A stretch of DNA of 64,000 bases, from IMG/VR virus record IMGVR_UViG_3300028177_000001, positions 186,001 through 250,000 of that record, one strand, 5' to 3'. Of the stretch, positions 18,848 through 28,524 are shown one piece after another (positions within the stretch are counted from its first letter, which is position 1; each line of letters begins with the position of its first letter). The notes under the pieces are model-generated. The model saw only the letters and a list, made by a program, of their open reading frames with translations. It searched no databases and was not told the origin of the DNA. The translations under genes were made by a program, and so were the position numbers.

Positions 18848-19146
18848 TCCGCCTCGCTGGCGTCTTCGCCTGCGGCCTGGCGGAAGATTCGGTCCCACCC
18901 CTGGCGGTATGCCTCGGTGTTGACCTTGGGCGGACCCTTCCCGGTCAGAGCGATGACCTCAACGTCGGCGACGGGCGAACCCTCCCGGGGCGACACTGCG
19001 TACATGTAGTCGCTCATGATAGGAGCACCGTCGACTGCGGGCTTCAAGTTCACGGGAGCTGCACCCTTCCCGTCGGTGTACATCGCGGTGATGCTACCGT
19101 CCTCGTGCGCTGCCAGCGGAAGCAGTTGACCTTTGGTGGTTCCCAT
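18835..19146 (-). CDS. hypothetical protein
   Basis: ATG 19146; ends NTEAYRQGWDRIF. Confidence 0.55.
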   Translation of the reverse strand: MGTTKGQLLPLAAHEDGSITAMYTDGKGAAPVNLKPAVDGAPIMSDYMYAVSPREGSPVADVEVIALTGKGPPKVNTEAYRQGWDRIFRQAAGEDASEADQLP

Positions 19147-19171
19147 GGGGAGGACTACCCTTTCCGAACTC

Positions 19172-19573
19172 TCAGAGCCCCCGAGCACGGAGCATGATGT
19201 GCTCCACAAAGGCATACGGGACTCGCACGTCGTGCTCTTCGATGTAGTGCGCGAATCCGGCGGGCCATCCGTACACCCCGTCCTCGTAGCAGAACCTCTC
19301 GCCGCATGGACGCAACTTGCAAATCCGGCAAGTTGAAGACCCGCTCCATGAGTAGAGCACCTTCTGGTTGTCCCGAAGGTACTGCAGCACCAGAGCCTTC
19401 TCAGTAGGCTCCCAGTTCGGGTCCACGTGCTCCCGGGGATCTGGGTAGTAGCGCATCTTCTTCGAGATCCGCTTGGTGGCGGGCCTCCAGTAGCCGATGA
19501 AGAGTAGATCGTCTCTGGGCTCTGCGCCCGGCCACTCGGGGTGGTCTTCCACAACCATTTCTACTCGGGACAT
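19172..19573 (-). CDS. conserved hypothetical protein (SxCRIC ... WPxGxxHYxxxH)
   Basis: Metal-binding pattern. Confidence 0.65.
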   Translation of the reverse strand: MSRVEMVVEDHPEWPGAEPRDDLLFIGYWRPATKRISKKMRYYPDPREHVDPNWEPTEKALVLQYLRDNQKVLYSWSGSSTCRICKLRPCGERFCYEDGVYGWPAGFAHYIEEHDVRVPYAFVEHIMLRARGL

Positions 19574-19616
19574 GCGGAACTCCTATGTTCCCAGCATCAG
19601 GATAGCCCGAAAACCG

Positions 19617-20006
19617 TCAGCCCTGCGGACGAAACTGTCGGCGGCCCCAGGCCCGCGCCTCTGCACTACGCCTCAGTGCACGCAGGGCACAGTCTCTGGC
19701 AGTCTCGGTACGATAGCGCCGATACAGACGCCAGCCGCCTCGAGGCTCCCCTGAGAGGCTGAGGTCCCGCTTGTAGATGCTGTAGGGCTTCTTCTGCTTC
19801 CGAGTCCGCTTGGGTGGACGGGGAGTCCGCTTGCCCCGAGCCTCTTCCAGGTCCTGGATTGCCTGTAGCTCGGGGAGCGTGCGACTCTCGCCCCAAAGAC
19901 TTCGTCTGGGGTTCCCGCACATGCTGCAAGAACAGCGAACCTCTCGGTTGACGGAACGGCGGGTCTCTCCCCGCTGGTGGTTCAGGTGTGGCACTTCGAC
20001 CTCCAC
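19617..20006 (-). CDS. small basic protein with CSCSMCGNPRR motif
   Basis: Motif common in phage small proteins. Confidence 0.55.
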   Translation of the reverse strand: MEVEVPHLNHQRGETRRSVNREVRCSCSMCGNPRRSLWGESRTLPELQAIQDLEEARGKRTPRPPKRTRKQKKPYSIYKRDLSLSGEPRGGWRLYRRYRTETARDCALRALRRSAEARAWGRRQFRPQG

Positions 20007-20062
20007 GCTGTTCCCCGGCTGATCTCCGGGGCTAAAGCGTGATGTCGGGCATGCCGTTCTCC

Positions 20063-20341
20063 TTACTCACGTGAGTATAGCCCTGAACCTGACCCCTGGC
20101 GTGTGGTCTTCCCACCCAGCCAGTTCTCCTTCTTGATCCAGTCCCCGTTGCCCGAAGGGTCGGCGCAGTAGCACGTCCCGTTGATCTTCTGGTGTACGAT
20201 GGGAAAGCAGGCATCGGCGCAGAGGTGCTCCCGTCGGAGGACCTCTCGCAGATTATCGACTCGCTGGTCGTACTGATTGCCGCCCACGATCAGAGCGATC
20301 ACTACTGCGAGCAGGGTGAGAACGGCGAGGCCCTGCTTCAC
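20063..20341 (-). CDS. small membrane-anchored Cys-rich protein
   Basis: N-terminal TM; CADAC, CYC. Confidence 0.55.
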   Translation of the reverse strand: MKQGLAVLTLLAVVIALIVGGNQYDQRVDNLREVLRREHLCADACFPIVHQKINGTCYCADPSGNGDWIKKENWLGGKTTRQGSGSGLYSRE

Positions 20342-20997
20342 AGCTTGTCCCTTGACTGTATGAACGCCCGGTGCTTCTTCTCCAGAAGTTCGACTTCCTC
20401 GACCGCTGAGCGCAGGGCTGGGTCCACCGTATCCTGAATCTCAGTCACCGGCATTACAGGCACAGGCGGAGTGAACGGGCCTCGGACGACACCCCTGACA
20501 ATGAAGTCAAGAGGCGAGTCTGAGTCCCTCCACTGGAGGCGCTGGTTGGTCTTGTCTCCCCAGGCTCGGATCTTGGAGTGACTCGGACCTCTCTGGCGGG
20601 AACTCGAGCCCCTCTTGACAAGGGGGCTGTCGTCGTCCATTATCAGCGCCTGAATCCCCATGAACACACGGTGGGGGGTCCCGGTGATGCGCGTTCCGGT
20701 GATGCGCGTGATCTTTTTCTCGGAGAGGTCGGACCACCCCTTGCGGATTGTGACCTCGAGGGTCACCTCGAGACGGTCGTTCACAGCGAAGAGGCCCAGG
20801 TCCTGCTTGAGCTGGTCGATCATGACCTCAGGGTGCGCGAAGAACTCCAGCTTGAAGTGGGCCTCACCGGGAGCCGTCGGGGGGCTGCTTTCCAGCTGAC
20901 GCGCTGCCTTCCCCTTTCGCCAGAGGGCAAGATGTGCCAGGGCGGAAAGCACTAAGCCTCCCGACGTGAAGATCAGACTGGCAAGCAGGGGATCCAC
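20338..20997 (-). CDS. membrane-anchored hypothetical protein
   Basis: N-terminal TM; directly downstream of a promoter motif. Confidence 0.55.
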   Translation of the reverse strand: MDPLLASLIFTSGGLVLSALAHLALWRKGKAARQLESSPPTAPGEAHFKLEFFAHPEVMIDQLKQDLGLFAVNDRLEVTLEVTIRKGWSDLSEKKITRITGTRITGTPHRVFMGIQALIMDDDSPLVKRGSSSRQRGPSHSKIRAWGDKTNQRLQWRDSDSPLDFIVRGVVRGPFTPPVPVMPVTEIQDTVDPALRSAVEEVELLEKKHRAFIQSRDKL

Positions 20998-21050
20998 TAC
21001 ACCTCCGAGACTTGATTACGTCTCAAAGGTGCGGTGGGAACCCCTTGCCC

Positions 21051-21518
21051 CTATCCGGTGTAGGGGCAGCCTTCGTGGTCGCCGTCCGCCAGGCTGAACT
21101 CCACCGACCAGTAGGTCCCCTGCTTCCCTGCGAAGTGGGGCCAGGCATCCTTGTTCGCGATGCTCATGTTGAGCTCCGCCTGGGCCAGCCGGGACCGGTT
21201 GGTGTCCCAGCCCAGGGAGATACAGACATCCTGCTGGGACTCCATCGCTGCGACCTTCCAGAGCTTCCACGCGCCCTCGGTTCCTGCGGGCACCTCAACG
21301 ATCTTGATGAGGAAGTACTGACCCGGCTCCACGTCAACGGCGCCAGGGCTCGAGAACCGCAGGAGAGCATCCCCAGCCGGGGTCGCCTCCCAGAACTGCT
21401 TGTTCTCGTCGCAGCCGTTGGGCCAGTCTTCGTTCTTCGCGATCACGGGCTTGAACGCTGCTTCCGCGTCCTTGACGCGCAGCGTCACTGACATACACCT
21501 GAACTTTGCCTGTACCAT
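21051..21518 (-). CDS. hypothetical protein (MVQAKFRC)
   Basis: Plausible codon use; RBS GGAGAAGG. Confidence 0.6.
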   Translation of the reverse strand: MVQAKFRCMSVTLRVKDAEAAFKPVIAKNEDWPNGCDENKQFWEATPAGDALLRFSSPGAVDVEPGQYFLIKIVEVPAGTEGAWKLWKVAAMESQQDVCISLGWDTNRSRLAQAELNMSIANKDAWPHFAGKQGTYWSVEFSLADGDHEGCPYTG

Positions 21519-21601
21519 GGCACCTTCTCCGTCCCCTCACTGGGGGTGTTGTGGATTGAGGTGCCGCGCTGTTGACCCGGATCGCGACATGCCGGTGTAC
21601 C

Positions 21602-22120
21602 CTACACCAGCGATAGGGGAGGCACCGGGACGGGCTTCTCTTCTTCCGAACGGGAGTTCCAGTAGGTGCCGTCTGGAAGCTCAGCCTCCATGTAGCTCTC
21701 GTCGTCAAGCCACCGCGCAACGCCCACGATATGAACCGGGGTCCCCGCTGTGTGGTCCGGAGCCAGAGACCAGGGGGATGCCGTCTCATCCAAGTGTCGA
21801 AGAAACTGTGCCTGGTTGTCCGTGGTTCCGGTGAACAGATCCATGAACAGGCCTGCAACACCCAAGGCCTCGATATCCTCCTGCTCCTCTACGGTGTCCA
21901 CCTCCGTTCCGCAGGCCGGGCAGAAGTTTGCTCCAGCCGGGGCGTTTGAGCAGCAACCCTTCGGGGTGTTCTGCTCCCGCCAGTAGACCAGGAGTAGCTC
22001 TCGGAACGCCTCCATGGCCTCCCGAGGAGACTTGAACCCGTCCTCGTGCGTCAGGGGCAGGCAGGCGAGGGACTGGTCCTCGTGGTAGCCGTGGTGTAGT
22101 AGGAACGTGCGGTAGGTCAT
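21602..22120 (-). CDS. zinc-ribbon-containing hypothetical protein
   Basis: ANFCPACGT. Confidence 0.55.
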   Translation of the reverse strand: MTYRTFLLHHGYHEDQSLACLPLTHEDGFKSPREAMEAFRELLLVYWREQNTPKGCCSNAPAGANFCPACGTEVDTVEEQEDIEALGVAGLFMDLFTGTTDNQAQFLRHLDETASPWSLAPDHTAGTPVHIVGVARWLDDESYMEAELPDGTYWNSRSEEEKPVPVPPLSLV

Positions 22121-22162
22121 GTGGGTCCGTTGAGGGCAGCGTTTAGTGCTGCCTGTAGCTGG

Positions 22163-22669
22163 CTACGTGAAATCGATGCCGTGCAGTTTCCGCCACTCAG
22201 GCCACGTCAGGGAAATCGTTGCTCGCTTCGCTGACCAGACCATGTCCCGGAGTAGCTCAACCGTGTGATCCCGCTCAGAACGAAGACGCTGGGTGTCGCC
22301 CTGGAGTCCTGCGTTTACAACGGCCAGTTCGTTGTACTGTTCGCCCATCCTCTCGATAGTCTCCTGGGCCTCCTCCTGGTGGGCCTTGAGCGCGTCCTCC
22401 GCCCCGTGAAGGTGCTTCACGTAACCAAGTGTGATCCGCTCTTGTTCCTTCTGCCTGGCGTCGGCTTCGTCGGCGCGGGTGTTGTACTGCTTCAGTAGCT
22501 CAAACAACTCCAGGACGGTCTCCGGAGTGCAGTAGAACCCTCCGATCGAACCCAGGGGACACAACGGCTCGTGCTTCTCGCCAGGCACGCAGTCCCCGCT
22601 ACACTCAGGGTTCAAGCTGGCCAGGGCGCGGAGCCTCAGCTGCTTCAAACCGGGAGGGAGTTTCATCAC
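22163..22669 (-). CDS. coiled-coil hypothetical protein
   Basis: Heptad-rich central region. Confidence 0.55.
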   Translation of the reverse strand: MMKLPPGLKQLRLRALASLNPECSGDCVPGEKHEPLCPLGSIGGFYCTPETVLELFELLKQYNTRADEADARQKEQERITLGYVKHLHGAEDALKAHQEEAQETIERMGEQYNELAVVNAGLQGDTQRLRSERDHTVELLRDMVWSAKRATISLTWPEWRKLHGIDFT

Positions 22670-22914
22670 GACGGACCCTCCACCAAGGAGTTCAACCGGG
22701 TGACCTCGTGCTCCAGAGACTCGATCCGGATTGTCAAGAGGTGGAGCTTGGCCTCGAGTTCGAGGCGGGTCAGGCTGTGGGTTGTTCCCTGCGCTCGGAG
22801 AATCTTCTCGGCAGCGTCGACCACCCCGCCGGACAGGACCAGCGCGGCCTTGATGTCGCTCATCCCCGCGCCGGTGAGTTCCCGCAGATACTTGATCTTT
22901 TCGACTTGGGTCAC
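22666..22914 (-). CDS. stand-alone EF-Ts N-terminal (UBA-like) domain protein
   Basis: VEKIKYLRELTGAGMSDIKAALVLSGGVVDAAEKILRAQG matches the EF-Ts pattern VKELRxxTGAGMMDCKKAL...G; GTG start overlaps the upstream TGA. Confidence 0.75.
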   Translation of the reverse strand: MTQVEKIKYLRELTGAGMSDIKAALVLSGGVVDAAEKILRAQGTTHSLTRLELEAKLHLLTIRIESLEHEVTRLNSLVEGPS

Positions 22915-23257
22915 GGGAACCTCTTGAATACGGTGGGGCATTCCGGGTGGGAGCTCATGGTCTCGGTGTACCCCTGTCGTAGGAGCCATCGGTACAACCG
23001 CTTGTTGTGGAGGTTCTCCACTCGCAGGGGATCCCTCGGCTTCGCGCTTCGCGCTCGGCTATCTTCTCCATCCAGTGTGAGAAGACGCCCTGGCCTCGCG
23101 CTTCCTCGTCAACGGAGATATTGGCTACGTCCAGGGTCTCCTCGCCGACCGGCAGGTCCACGCAGTGGTAGCCCCGACGCACATAGGCGGAAAGCTCGGA
23201 CTCCCGAATCCAGGCGTTCCTGAACTTGGACCCGTAGAACTGGCCGAGGGTCATCAT
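22911..23257 (-). pseudogene. GNAT acetyltransferase with a 1-nt frameshift
   Basis: LDVANISVDEEARGQGVF; the natural continuation PLRVENLHNKRLYRWLLRQGY lies in another frame after the C4 run at 23027-23030. Confidence 0.7.
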
Positions 23258-23634
23258 GGATTCGGCCCGTACTTGGAGAGCAGCTCACGGGCCTTCTGGC
23301 GCTCGTGTGCCTCCACGCGCTCCTTCCGACGTTCTTCTGACTTCCGCTCCTTCTCCGCATTGCGATCGGCGATCGCCTGAAGGTGATCCAGGCAGGACTC
23401 GGCTTCGATCACCGTCTCCGTAAGCTCAAAGGTCACGACCTCGCAGTCGGCGTAGAACTCCTTGGCCTCCCTGCGCCCCCGGGAATAGGAGGCGAGCAGG
23501 TGGAAGTGGTTCGTTAGCCCGCCTCGAGTGGACCAGATCTTCCCCTTCTTGGTGAAACTCGGTGAGGTTCCCCCGTTAGAGAACAGGCCGTCTGACTTGC
23601 GCCGGATCTTGAAGATCCTCTTGACTGCACTCAC
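23254..23634 (-). CDS. hypothetical protein
   Basis: GLFSNGGTSPSFTKKGKIW motif typical of phage proteins. Confidence 0.6.
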   Translation of the reverse strand: MSAVKRIFKIRRKSDGLFSNGGTSPSFTKKGKIWSTRGGLTNHFHLLASYSRGRREAKEFYADCEVVTFELTETVIEAESCLDHLQAIADRNAEKERKSEERRKERVEAHERQKARELLSKYGPNP

Positions 23635-23729
23635 GGGCTACTCCGTCGGTTCGATGCCTGTGATTACCCTTGTGCAAGCTGGGCCGACCCCCGGTAGAGG
23701 GTCGGCCCAGTAGCTTCCGCCACGCGGGG

Positions 23730-24101
23730 TCAGGCGGCGTAGCGGTTGACGTCGCTGACGGCGAACTTGAAGCCCTTCCCGTTGCTGACGAGCTTCACGC
23801 TCACGGGGTAGCGGCTGGCGCGCAGGTTGATGTCCACGATGCGGTAGGTGCGACCCGACGCGGTGAACGTGGTGCCCCAGGCAGCGTTGAGGCCGATGAG
23901 CGACGCCTTGCCTGCGAACCCGACAGGCTCGCCGCTGGCCGTCTCGGCGGAGAAGGTCAGCCGGGGGGTGAAGGCGGAGCCGTCCCGCTCGAACTTGCCG
24001 CCGTTGATAGTCATGGTGACGCCGTGCTTCGCAAGAACGCCCGCAACAGCGGCCTCGATCTCACGGTTGAAGGCGGGGATGGAGTCGGCGTCGAACTTCA
24101 T
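23730..24101 (-). CDS. hypothetical phage protein
   Basis: ATG 24101 behind a promoter motif and a GGGGAG RBS. Confidence 0.7.
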   Translation of the reverse strand: MKFDADSIPAFNREIEAAVAGVLAKHGVTMTINGGKFERDGSAFTPRLTFSAETASGEPVGFAGKASLIGLNAAWGTTFTASGRTYRIVDINLRASRYPVSVKLVSNGKGFKFAVSDVNRYAA

Positions 24102-24207
24102 GGTGTGTCTCCCTTTGACACCTACCTTACGTCCGAGCAGCACCCAGGGAAGCCTCCCTCCTCCGGGTCTCGGGTAGGGTAGGGCGTAAACCTGTACGGT
24201 GACCCCC

Positions 24208-24756
24208 ATGGCTGATTCCCTCAATGACCTCGTAGAAGGCGTCCAGTACGCCGTCATGGAAGCGCAGGAGATCGCCGAAGAACACCACATGGCCCTGGTC
24301 AGCCGCTTCTTTGAGAAGGACGACGACGGCAAGGAAAAGGCGATCACGCAGACCATCTACGTCCCCAACATGAACCCGGCCACGAAAGAGGAACAGCCTT
24401 TCGTCCAGGTGGACGTGCCCCTCATCTGCCTGGCTCAACTCGGCGGGATCAAGATCAAGGAGCTCAAGGTCACCTTCGTGGCAAACCTGTCCTCCCTGGA
24501 CACGGAAGAGGAGGTCGAAGAGAAGAAGGCGGAGGAAGCCGCTGATGAAGCCGAGGCGGATGCCGCCACCCCTGAGCCCCTCAAGCGTCTCGGACGGAGG
24601 GCTCGTAAGAAGGGTCGCCGTCTGCGGATGGGCATGAAGAAGGGGGGCGGCGCGGACGAGTTTACGAAGGCCACTATCGAGATCTGCTTCGTGGGGACCG
24701 ACCCGCCCGAGGGAGCAGTCAGAGTGAACGACCGCCTGCTCAAGACGATCCCGTGA
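24208..24756 (+). CDS. DUF2589-like protein
   Basis: LNDLVEGVQYAVMEAQ ... VDVPLICLAQLGGIKIKELKVTF. Confidence 0.7.
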   Translation: MADSLNDLVEGVQYAVMEAQEIAEEHHMALVSRFFEKDDDGKEKAITQTIYVPNMNPATKEEQPFVQVDVPLICLAQLGGIKIKELKVTFVANLSSLDTEEEVEEKKAEEAADEAEADAATPEPLKRLGRRARKKGRRLRMGMKKGGGADEFTKATIEICFVGTDPPEGAVRVNDRLLKTIP

Positions 24757-24989
24757 AAGAGTTCTGGGCCGCAGTCCGAAAGGCGCTCCAGAAGAGCGTA
24801 GGCACTCCCCCAACCAGGGAGGAGCTTGAACGAGCAGCAGGCCGGGCAGTGGGGATACCGATACAGTTCCCCAACTACAAAGAGGGTGACGCGGATTCCG
24901 GGGATGCCCTGGTCTCCCTGCCCAACCCCATCACGTATCTGAGGGCGGACTTCCAGGTTGAGGTTGATCCAGATGAGCCGGATGACTAA
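24753..24989 (+). CDS. small hypothetical protein
   Basis: GTGA overlap with the upstream stop. Confidence 0.5.
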   Translation: MKEFWAAVRKALQKSVGTPPTREELERAAGRAVGIPIQFPNYKEGDADSGDALVSLPNPITYLRADFQVEVDPDEPDD

Positions 24990-25176
24990 GAACCTACGGC
25001 AGTGCCCCCTCGTGCGGGGCTCGTGGGCGGCACTCCCGGAAGCCGCTGCGAGAACCTCGTCCATGAGCTCAGACGAGGCCCTCTCCCGGGCGGACACGAA
25101 GTCCGTCCCGTGGATGGGGCAGTCGGGGTCCTCGGCGATCCAAGGTCCCCCGATCGTGTAGCACTCTCGGTCGCAG

Positions 25177-25482
25177 TCAGGCATGGGCTTCTCTCCACAG
25201 CTTGAGGCGACGGAAGCACTGGGCGCTCATCCCCCCGTAGGGAGTGGGTCCGCCGTACACAGACCCCGTGTGCTCCTCCCAGTCTCCAGCCTCGACTCCG
25301 ATGGCGCGGACCTTCTCTCGGGCTGCGGACAGACCTTGGGAGATCTCCCCTCGGTCGAGATGACCTTGCCAGAGAGCCTGGGTTGTCCGCCAGGCCTCGA
25401 AGAACTGGGGGTTGTCCCCAGGCCCGTCGATGAGTTCCTGGGCGAACGCGACAGCGTCTTCGAGGGCTTCCCGAGGCGTCAT
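25177..25482 (-). CDS. hypothetical protein
   Basis: ATG overlapping the upstream TAA (TAATG). Confidence 0.55.
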   Translation of the reverse strand: MTPREALEDAVAFAQELIDGPGDNPQFFEAWRTTQALWQGHLDRGEISQGLSAAREKVRAIGVEAGDWEEHTGSVYGGPTPYGGMSAQCFRRLKLWREAHA

Positions 25483-25952
25483 TAGAAGCCCAGGTACTCG
25501 AGTTCCTCCGGGGTGAGCTCGACCGTTCTGACGGTGTACTCGATCCCGGTCTCGGAGACCATGGTGTAGGGGCTCAGGTTCCGGACGATCCGGGCCAGCT
25601 GCTTCAGCGCGGCCTTCTCTTCGTCGATGAGAGCCTGCTCGGTGAGGAGGTTCTGGACGACGCCCGCTCCGATGAGGCGCTGCTCGCCCTCGGGGGCGGA
25701 CATGGAGTAGGACATGGAAGCGGTGTTGACCAGGCGGTTGCTCACCATCTGGTTGGCGGACTGGGTGAGGAGTTCGATGAGATCCTGGTCGGAGATCGAG
25801 AACTCCTTGCGGATCAGGGCGATGCGCTCCTTCCGCTCGGCGATCTTGGCCTTCACCTGGTCGATCTTCCCCTCCATCGCCTCCCTGACATCCGCCATGG
25901 GCTTTCGGTAGGTGAAGTTGCGGAACATGCGTGCGGTAGAGGGACTGGCCAT
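25482..25952 (-). CDS. coiled-coil hypothetical protein
   Basis: Strong codon bias; AGGAG RBS. Confidence 0.7.
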   Translation of the reverse strand: MASPSTARMFRNFTYRKPMADVREAMEGKIDQVKAKIAERKERIALIRKEFSISDQDLIELLTQSANQMVSNRLVNTASMSYSMSAPEGEQRLIGAGVVQNLLTEQALIDEEKAALKQLARIVRNLSPYTMVSETGIEYTVRTVELTPEELEYLGF

Positions 25953-26025
25953 GGGGATCTCCTGAGTGGGGAGTCACCCTACCCGGGAGACTGGAGAGCC
26001 CTTTGGAACCCCCAGTCTCCCGGGC

Positions 26026-26637
26026 TTAGTCAATCAGCTCAACAGTCCAGTAGTCAGCCCAGGGGCTGTCCGCCGGCAAGAACAGCTTCCACTCGTCCGG
26101 CACCTCGTACTTGAAGAGGGCCATCCATGCCAGCTCACGGGGCGTGGGCGGACGGGGCTTCTTCATCATGACGAGCCCAGCCTGCTTCAGCGTCAGGTCA
26201 GCCTTCCGAGCATTGCACGGACCGCACGCAGCGAGCAGGTTCCACCAGGAAGTCGGACGCACCCGCTCGTGGTGCCACGGAACCTTGACCCAGCCGTTCA
26301 CCGCCTTGGAGCGAGGAATGACGTGGTCCAGAGTCAGGAGCTCGAGATCGGGATTGCCCGACACCTTCCGGGGCTGGAATCCGCAGTACTGGCACTGGTA
26401 CATGTCCCGTGCGAACAGGTCCTTTCGGTTCAACCGAGCGGCCTTCCGAGGACGGACGTACTTGATGCGCGCCACGACAGCCGGGAACTCCAGCACGACT
26501 GATGTCGAACGGAGGAACCGGTCCGCGTAGTTCTCCACCACCCGAACCTGCTCGCGAAACATCAGGCCCACGGCCTTCTGCCACGAAACAACTTCGAGTA
26601 CGGTGTAGTCCGCGTTGAGTACGAGTACGGATTCCAT
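26026..26637 (-). CDS. HNH endonuclease (McrA-like)
   Basis: VLVLNADY, RDMYQCQYCG, LTLDHVIPRS, NLLAACGPCNARK. Confidence 0.92.
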   Translation of the reverse strand: MESVLVLNADYTVLEVVSWQKAVGLMFREQVRVVENYADRFLRSTSVVLEFPAVVARIKYVRPRKAARLNRKDLFARDMYQCQYCGFQPRKVSGNPDLELLTLDHVIPRSKAVNGWVKVPWHHERVRPTSWWNLLAACGPCNARKADLTLKQAGLVMMKKPRPPTPRELAWMALFKYEVPDEWKLFLPADSPWADYWTVELID

Positions 26638-26714
26638 GATGCTCCCTCCTCTGGGATTCTCCTGTGCGAATGTGATTGTCTGAAACGGTGGTGACCCTAT
26701 CGCAGGGATAGGGA

Positions 26715-26966
26715 GTGCAGCCCTGGGCACTGGCGTTGGTTGAGCTCATCAAAGATGATGACGTCCGGGCTGCCTTCTCTGCTGGGTTCTTTTTCGTGTA
26801 TCTGGCGTCGATGGTTGCGTTCCTGAGCTTCTTCCCGATCCCCGACGAGAACAAGAACACGGTGCACTTGATTGTGGGGGGGCTGGTCGGTGCGGGCATC
26901 GGTCCCGCGATCCAGGCCCTCCTGGACAAGAGACCACGAAGGTATCGGGACTCCGACTCAGGATAG
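26715..26966 (+). CDS. 2-TM holin-like membrane protein
   Basis: Two hydrophobic helices joined by IPDENKN; charged C-terminus. Confidence 0.5.
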   Translation: MQPWALALVELIKDDDVRAAFSAGFFFVYLASMVAFLSFFPIPDENKNTVHLIVGGLVGAGIGPAIQALLDKRPRRYRDSDSG

Positions 26967-27037
26967 CCGCGCTCAGCTACCAGGGTAGGGTGTAGTAGAA
27001 ACCTGGTTCCTCCCCGGAACCGCCCCCGGAGTCTATT

Positions 27038-27508
27038 ATGTCCGCATTCTACGAGTCAGATGTCGACGAAGTGGTTGATGATGCCACTGACCAGGCTGTT
27101 GACGCTGCTGAGAACCTCGTCCTGGACAACCTGGACGAAGCCGTCGAAGCTGGCCTGGATGAAGTGATCGATGCCTCCATCAAGGTGGTGGACGAGCACT
27201 TCGATCACCTGACCGGCAACGAGAAGGCTGACCACGTCATCTCCCTGGCTGCTGACTGGCTGGTGTCTAAGGGAGTGGAGCTCCGTGATGAGTACGAGGA
27301 TGAGATCAAGGAGGGCCTGGCCGAGTGGGTCCAGGAGCGGTTCGACGCCCTGAGGGCCGAGATCCAGGAGTGGCGCGACACCCGTCCGGAGCGCCGAGCG
27401 GAACGCCAGAAGTTCCGAGCTTCCCAGGAGGGCAAGAGCCGCGACGAGAAGAAGGCTGCCCGCAAGGAGCGCCGCCAGGCCAAGAGGGCTGCGCGCCGCG
27501 AGAGCTGA
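27038..27508 (+). CDS. acidic protein with basic C-terminal tail
   Basis: GGAG RBS; strong codon bias. Confidence 0.7.
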   Translation: MSAFYESDVDEVVDDATDQAVDAAENLVLDNLDEAVEAGLDEVIDASIKVVDEHFDHLTGNEKADHVISLAADWLVSKGVELRDEYEDEIKEGLAEWVQERFDALRAEIQEWRDTRPERRAERQKFRASQEGKSRDEKKAARKERRQAKRAARRES

Positions 27509-27551
27509 GCCCGGTCGGTTGATTATCGGCTACTTCCTCTTCGGAGGAAGT

Positions 27552-28133
27552 ATGTCGAATATCCAGTCCCGACTCCGCAGGGCCTCTGCCGAACACCCGA
27601 GTAACCGCCTCGCGGCGATGGCGGGTGATATGGAGATGGCCGAGGAGGTCCTGAGGGACATTACCTCGGCGCAGAGGAAGCTGGCCTCCCTTGCTCGTAA
27701 GGTCATCCGCGCAGCCCCTCCCCGTTCCGAGTGGTCAACCGACGGGAAGCCCAACGGACGGGTTGAGGTAGAGAAAGGCACCAGTGCCTACAGAGGCACC
27801 TCTGTCTTCACCACGGTGCGTGAAGGTCCGGTCCCGACAGTCCGCGTCTACTGGCCCCACATCGGATACGGGGCTCGCGCTGAGTACGCTGAAGGCAACC
27901 CGACTGTCACCGAAGTGGGTCGGGCGATCGGTCTTCCCCTCAAGGGTGGCCAGTGCTTCCGTCTGACCCTCTACGCGCCCCCGGCGGACTTCCTGGTGCG
28001 CAGCTGGGCGGAGTCGCCGCGAGGCACTACCGTGGCCAAGTTCTACTACTCGGTCGAGGGCTACGGAGGCATCGGTTCAGGCTTCGCCGCTGTGAAGCCT
28101 GACGGCTCCTGGATTATGGGCGGCCACGGGTAG
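27552..28133 (+). CDS. hypothetical protein
   Basis: GGAGGAAG RBS before ATG 27552. Confidence 0.6.
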   Translation: MSNIQSRLRRASAEHPSNRLAAMAGDMEMAEEVLRDITSAQRKLASLARKVIRAAPPRSEWSTDGKPNGRVEVEKGTSAYRGTSVFTTVREGPVPTVRVYWPHIGYGARAEYAEGNPTVTEVGRAIGLPLKGGQCFRLTLYAPPADFLVRSWAESPRGTTVAKFYYSVEGYGGIGSGFAAVKPDGSWIMGGHG

Positions 28134-28135
28134 TC

Positions 28136-28327
28136 TCAGCGTTCGGCCCTGCAAGGGCGACACCACGACTGGTTGGTCACCAGATCGCTACCGTCTTCGC
28201 CTCGACCCGCCATTCGTCGGAGGCCGAAGTCCTTGAGGGGCTTCTGCTTCTTGCAGTGCGGGCAGGTCCGGTGTACCACGCCGTCGACGATCTCGTCGGC
28301 CTTGATGTGTACTTCGTCGTAGGGCAT
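28136..28327 (-). CDS. small zinc-finger protein
   Basis: CPHCKKQKPLKDF ... SWCRPC. Confidence 0.7.
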   Translation of the reverse strand: MPYDEVHIKADEIVDGVVHRTCPHCKKQKPLKDFGLRRMAGRGEDGSDLVTNQSWCRPCRAER

Positions 28328-28413
28328 ACATCCTCCATAGGGAACGGACTACCGCTCGGAGGTCCTGCCAGACCCTGCTTCCCTCTTGCAGTTCTTGAGG
28401 TGCTTGTCGAAGG

Positions 28414-28487
28414 TACGCCCAGCAGGACTCGAACCTGCGACCCCCTGATTAGGAATCAGGCGCTCTATCCAGCTGAGCTATGGGCGC
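28414..28487 (-). tRNA. tRNA-Arg(CCU)
   Basis: GCGCCCA acceptor stem, D arm GCTC/GAGC, anticodon arm CCTGA-TTCCTAA-TCAGG, T loop TTCGAGT; CCA not encoded. Confidence 0.95.
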
Positions 28488-28524
28488 TCTTCGGGAACTT
28501 ACCTGGTCAGCGGCAGGCTGCCCT

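Noticed and set aside
25982-26024. 13-bp inverted repeat as a mobile-element end
   Set aside because: A single local hairpin with no transposase or partner end; more likely a terminator or RNA stem.
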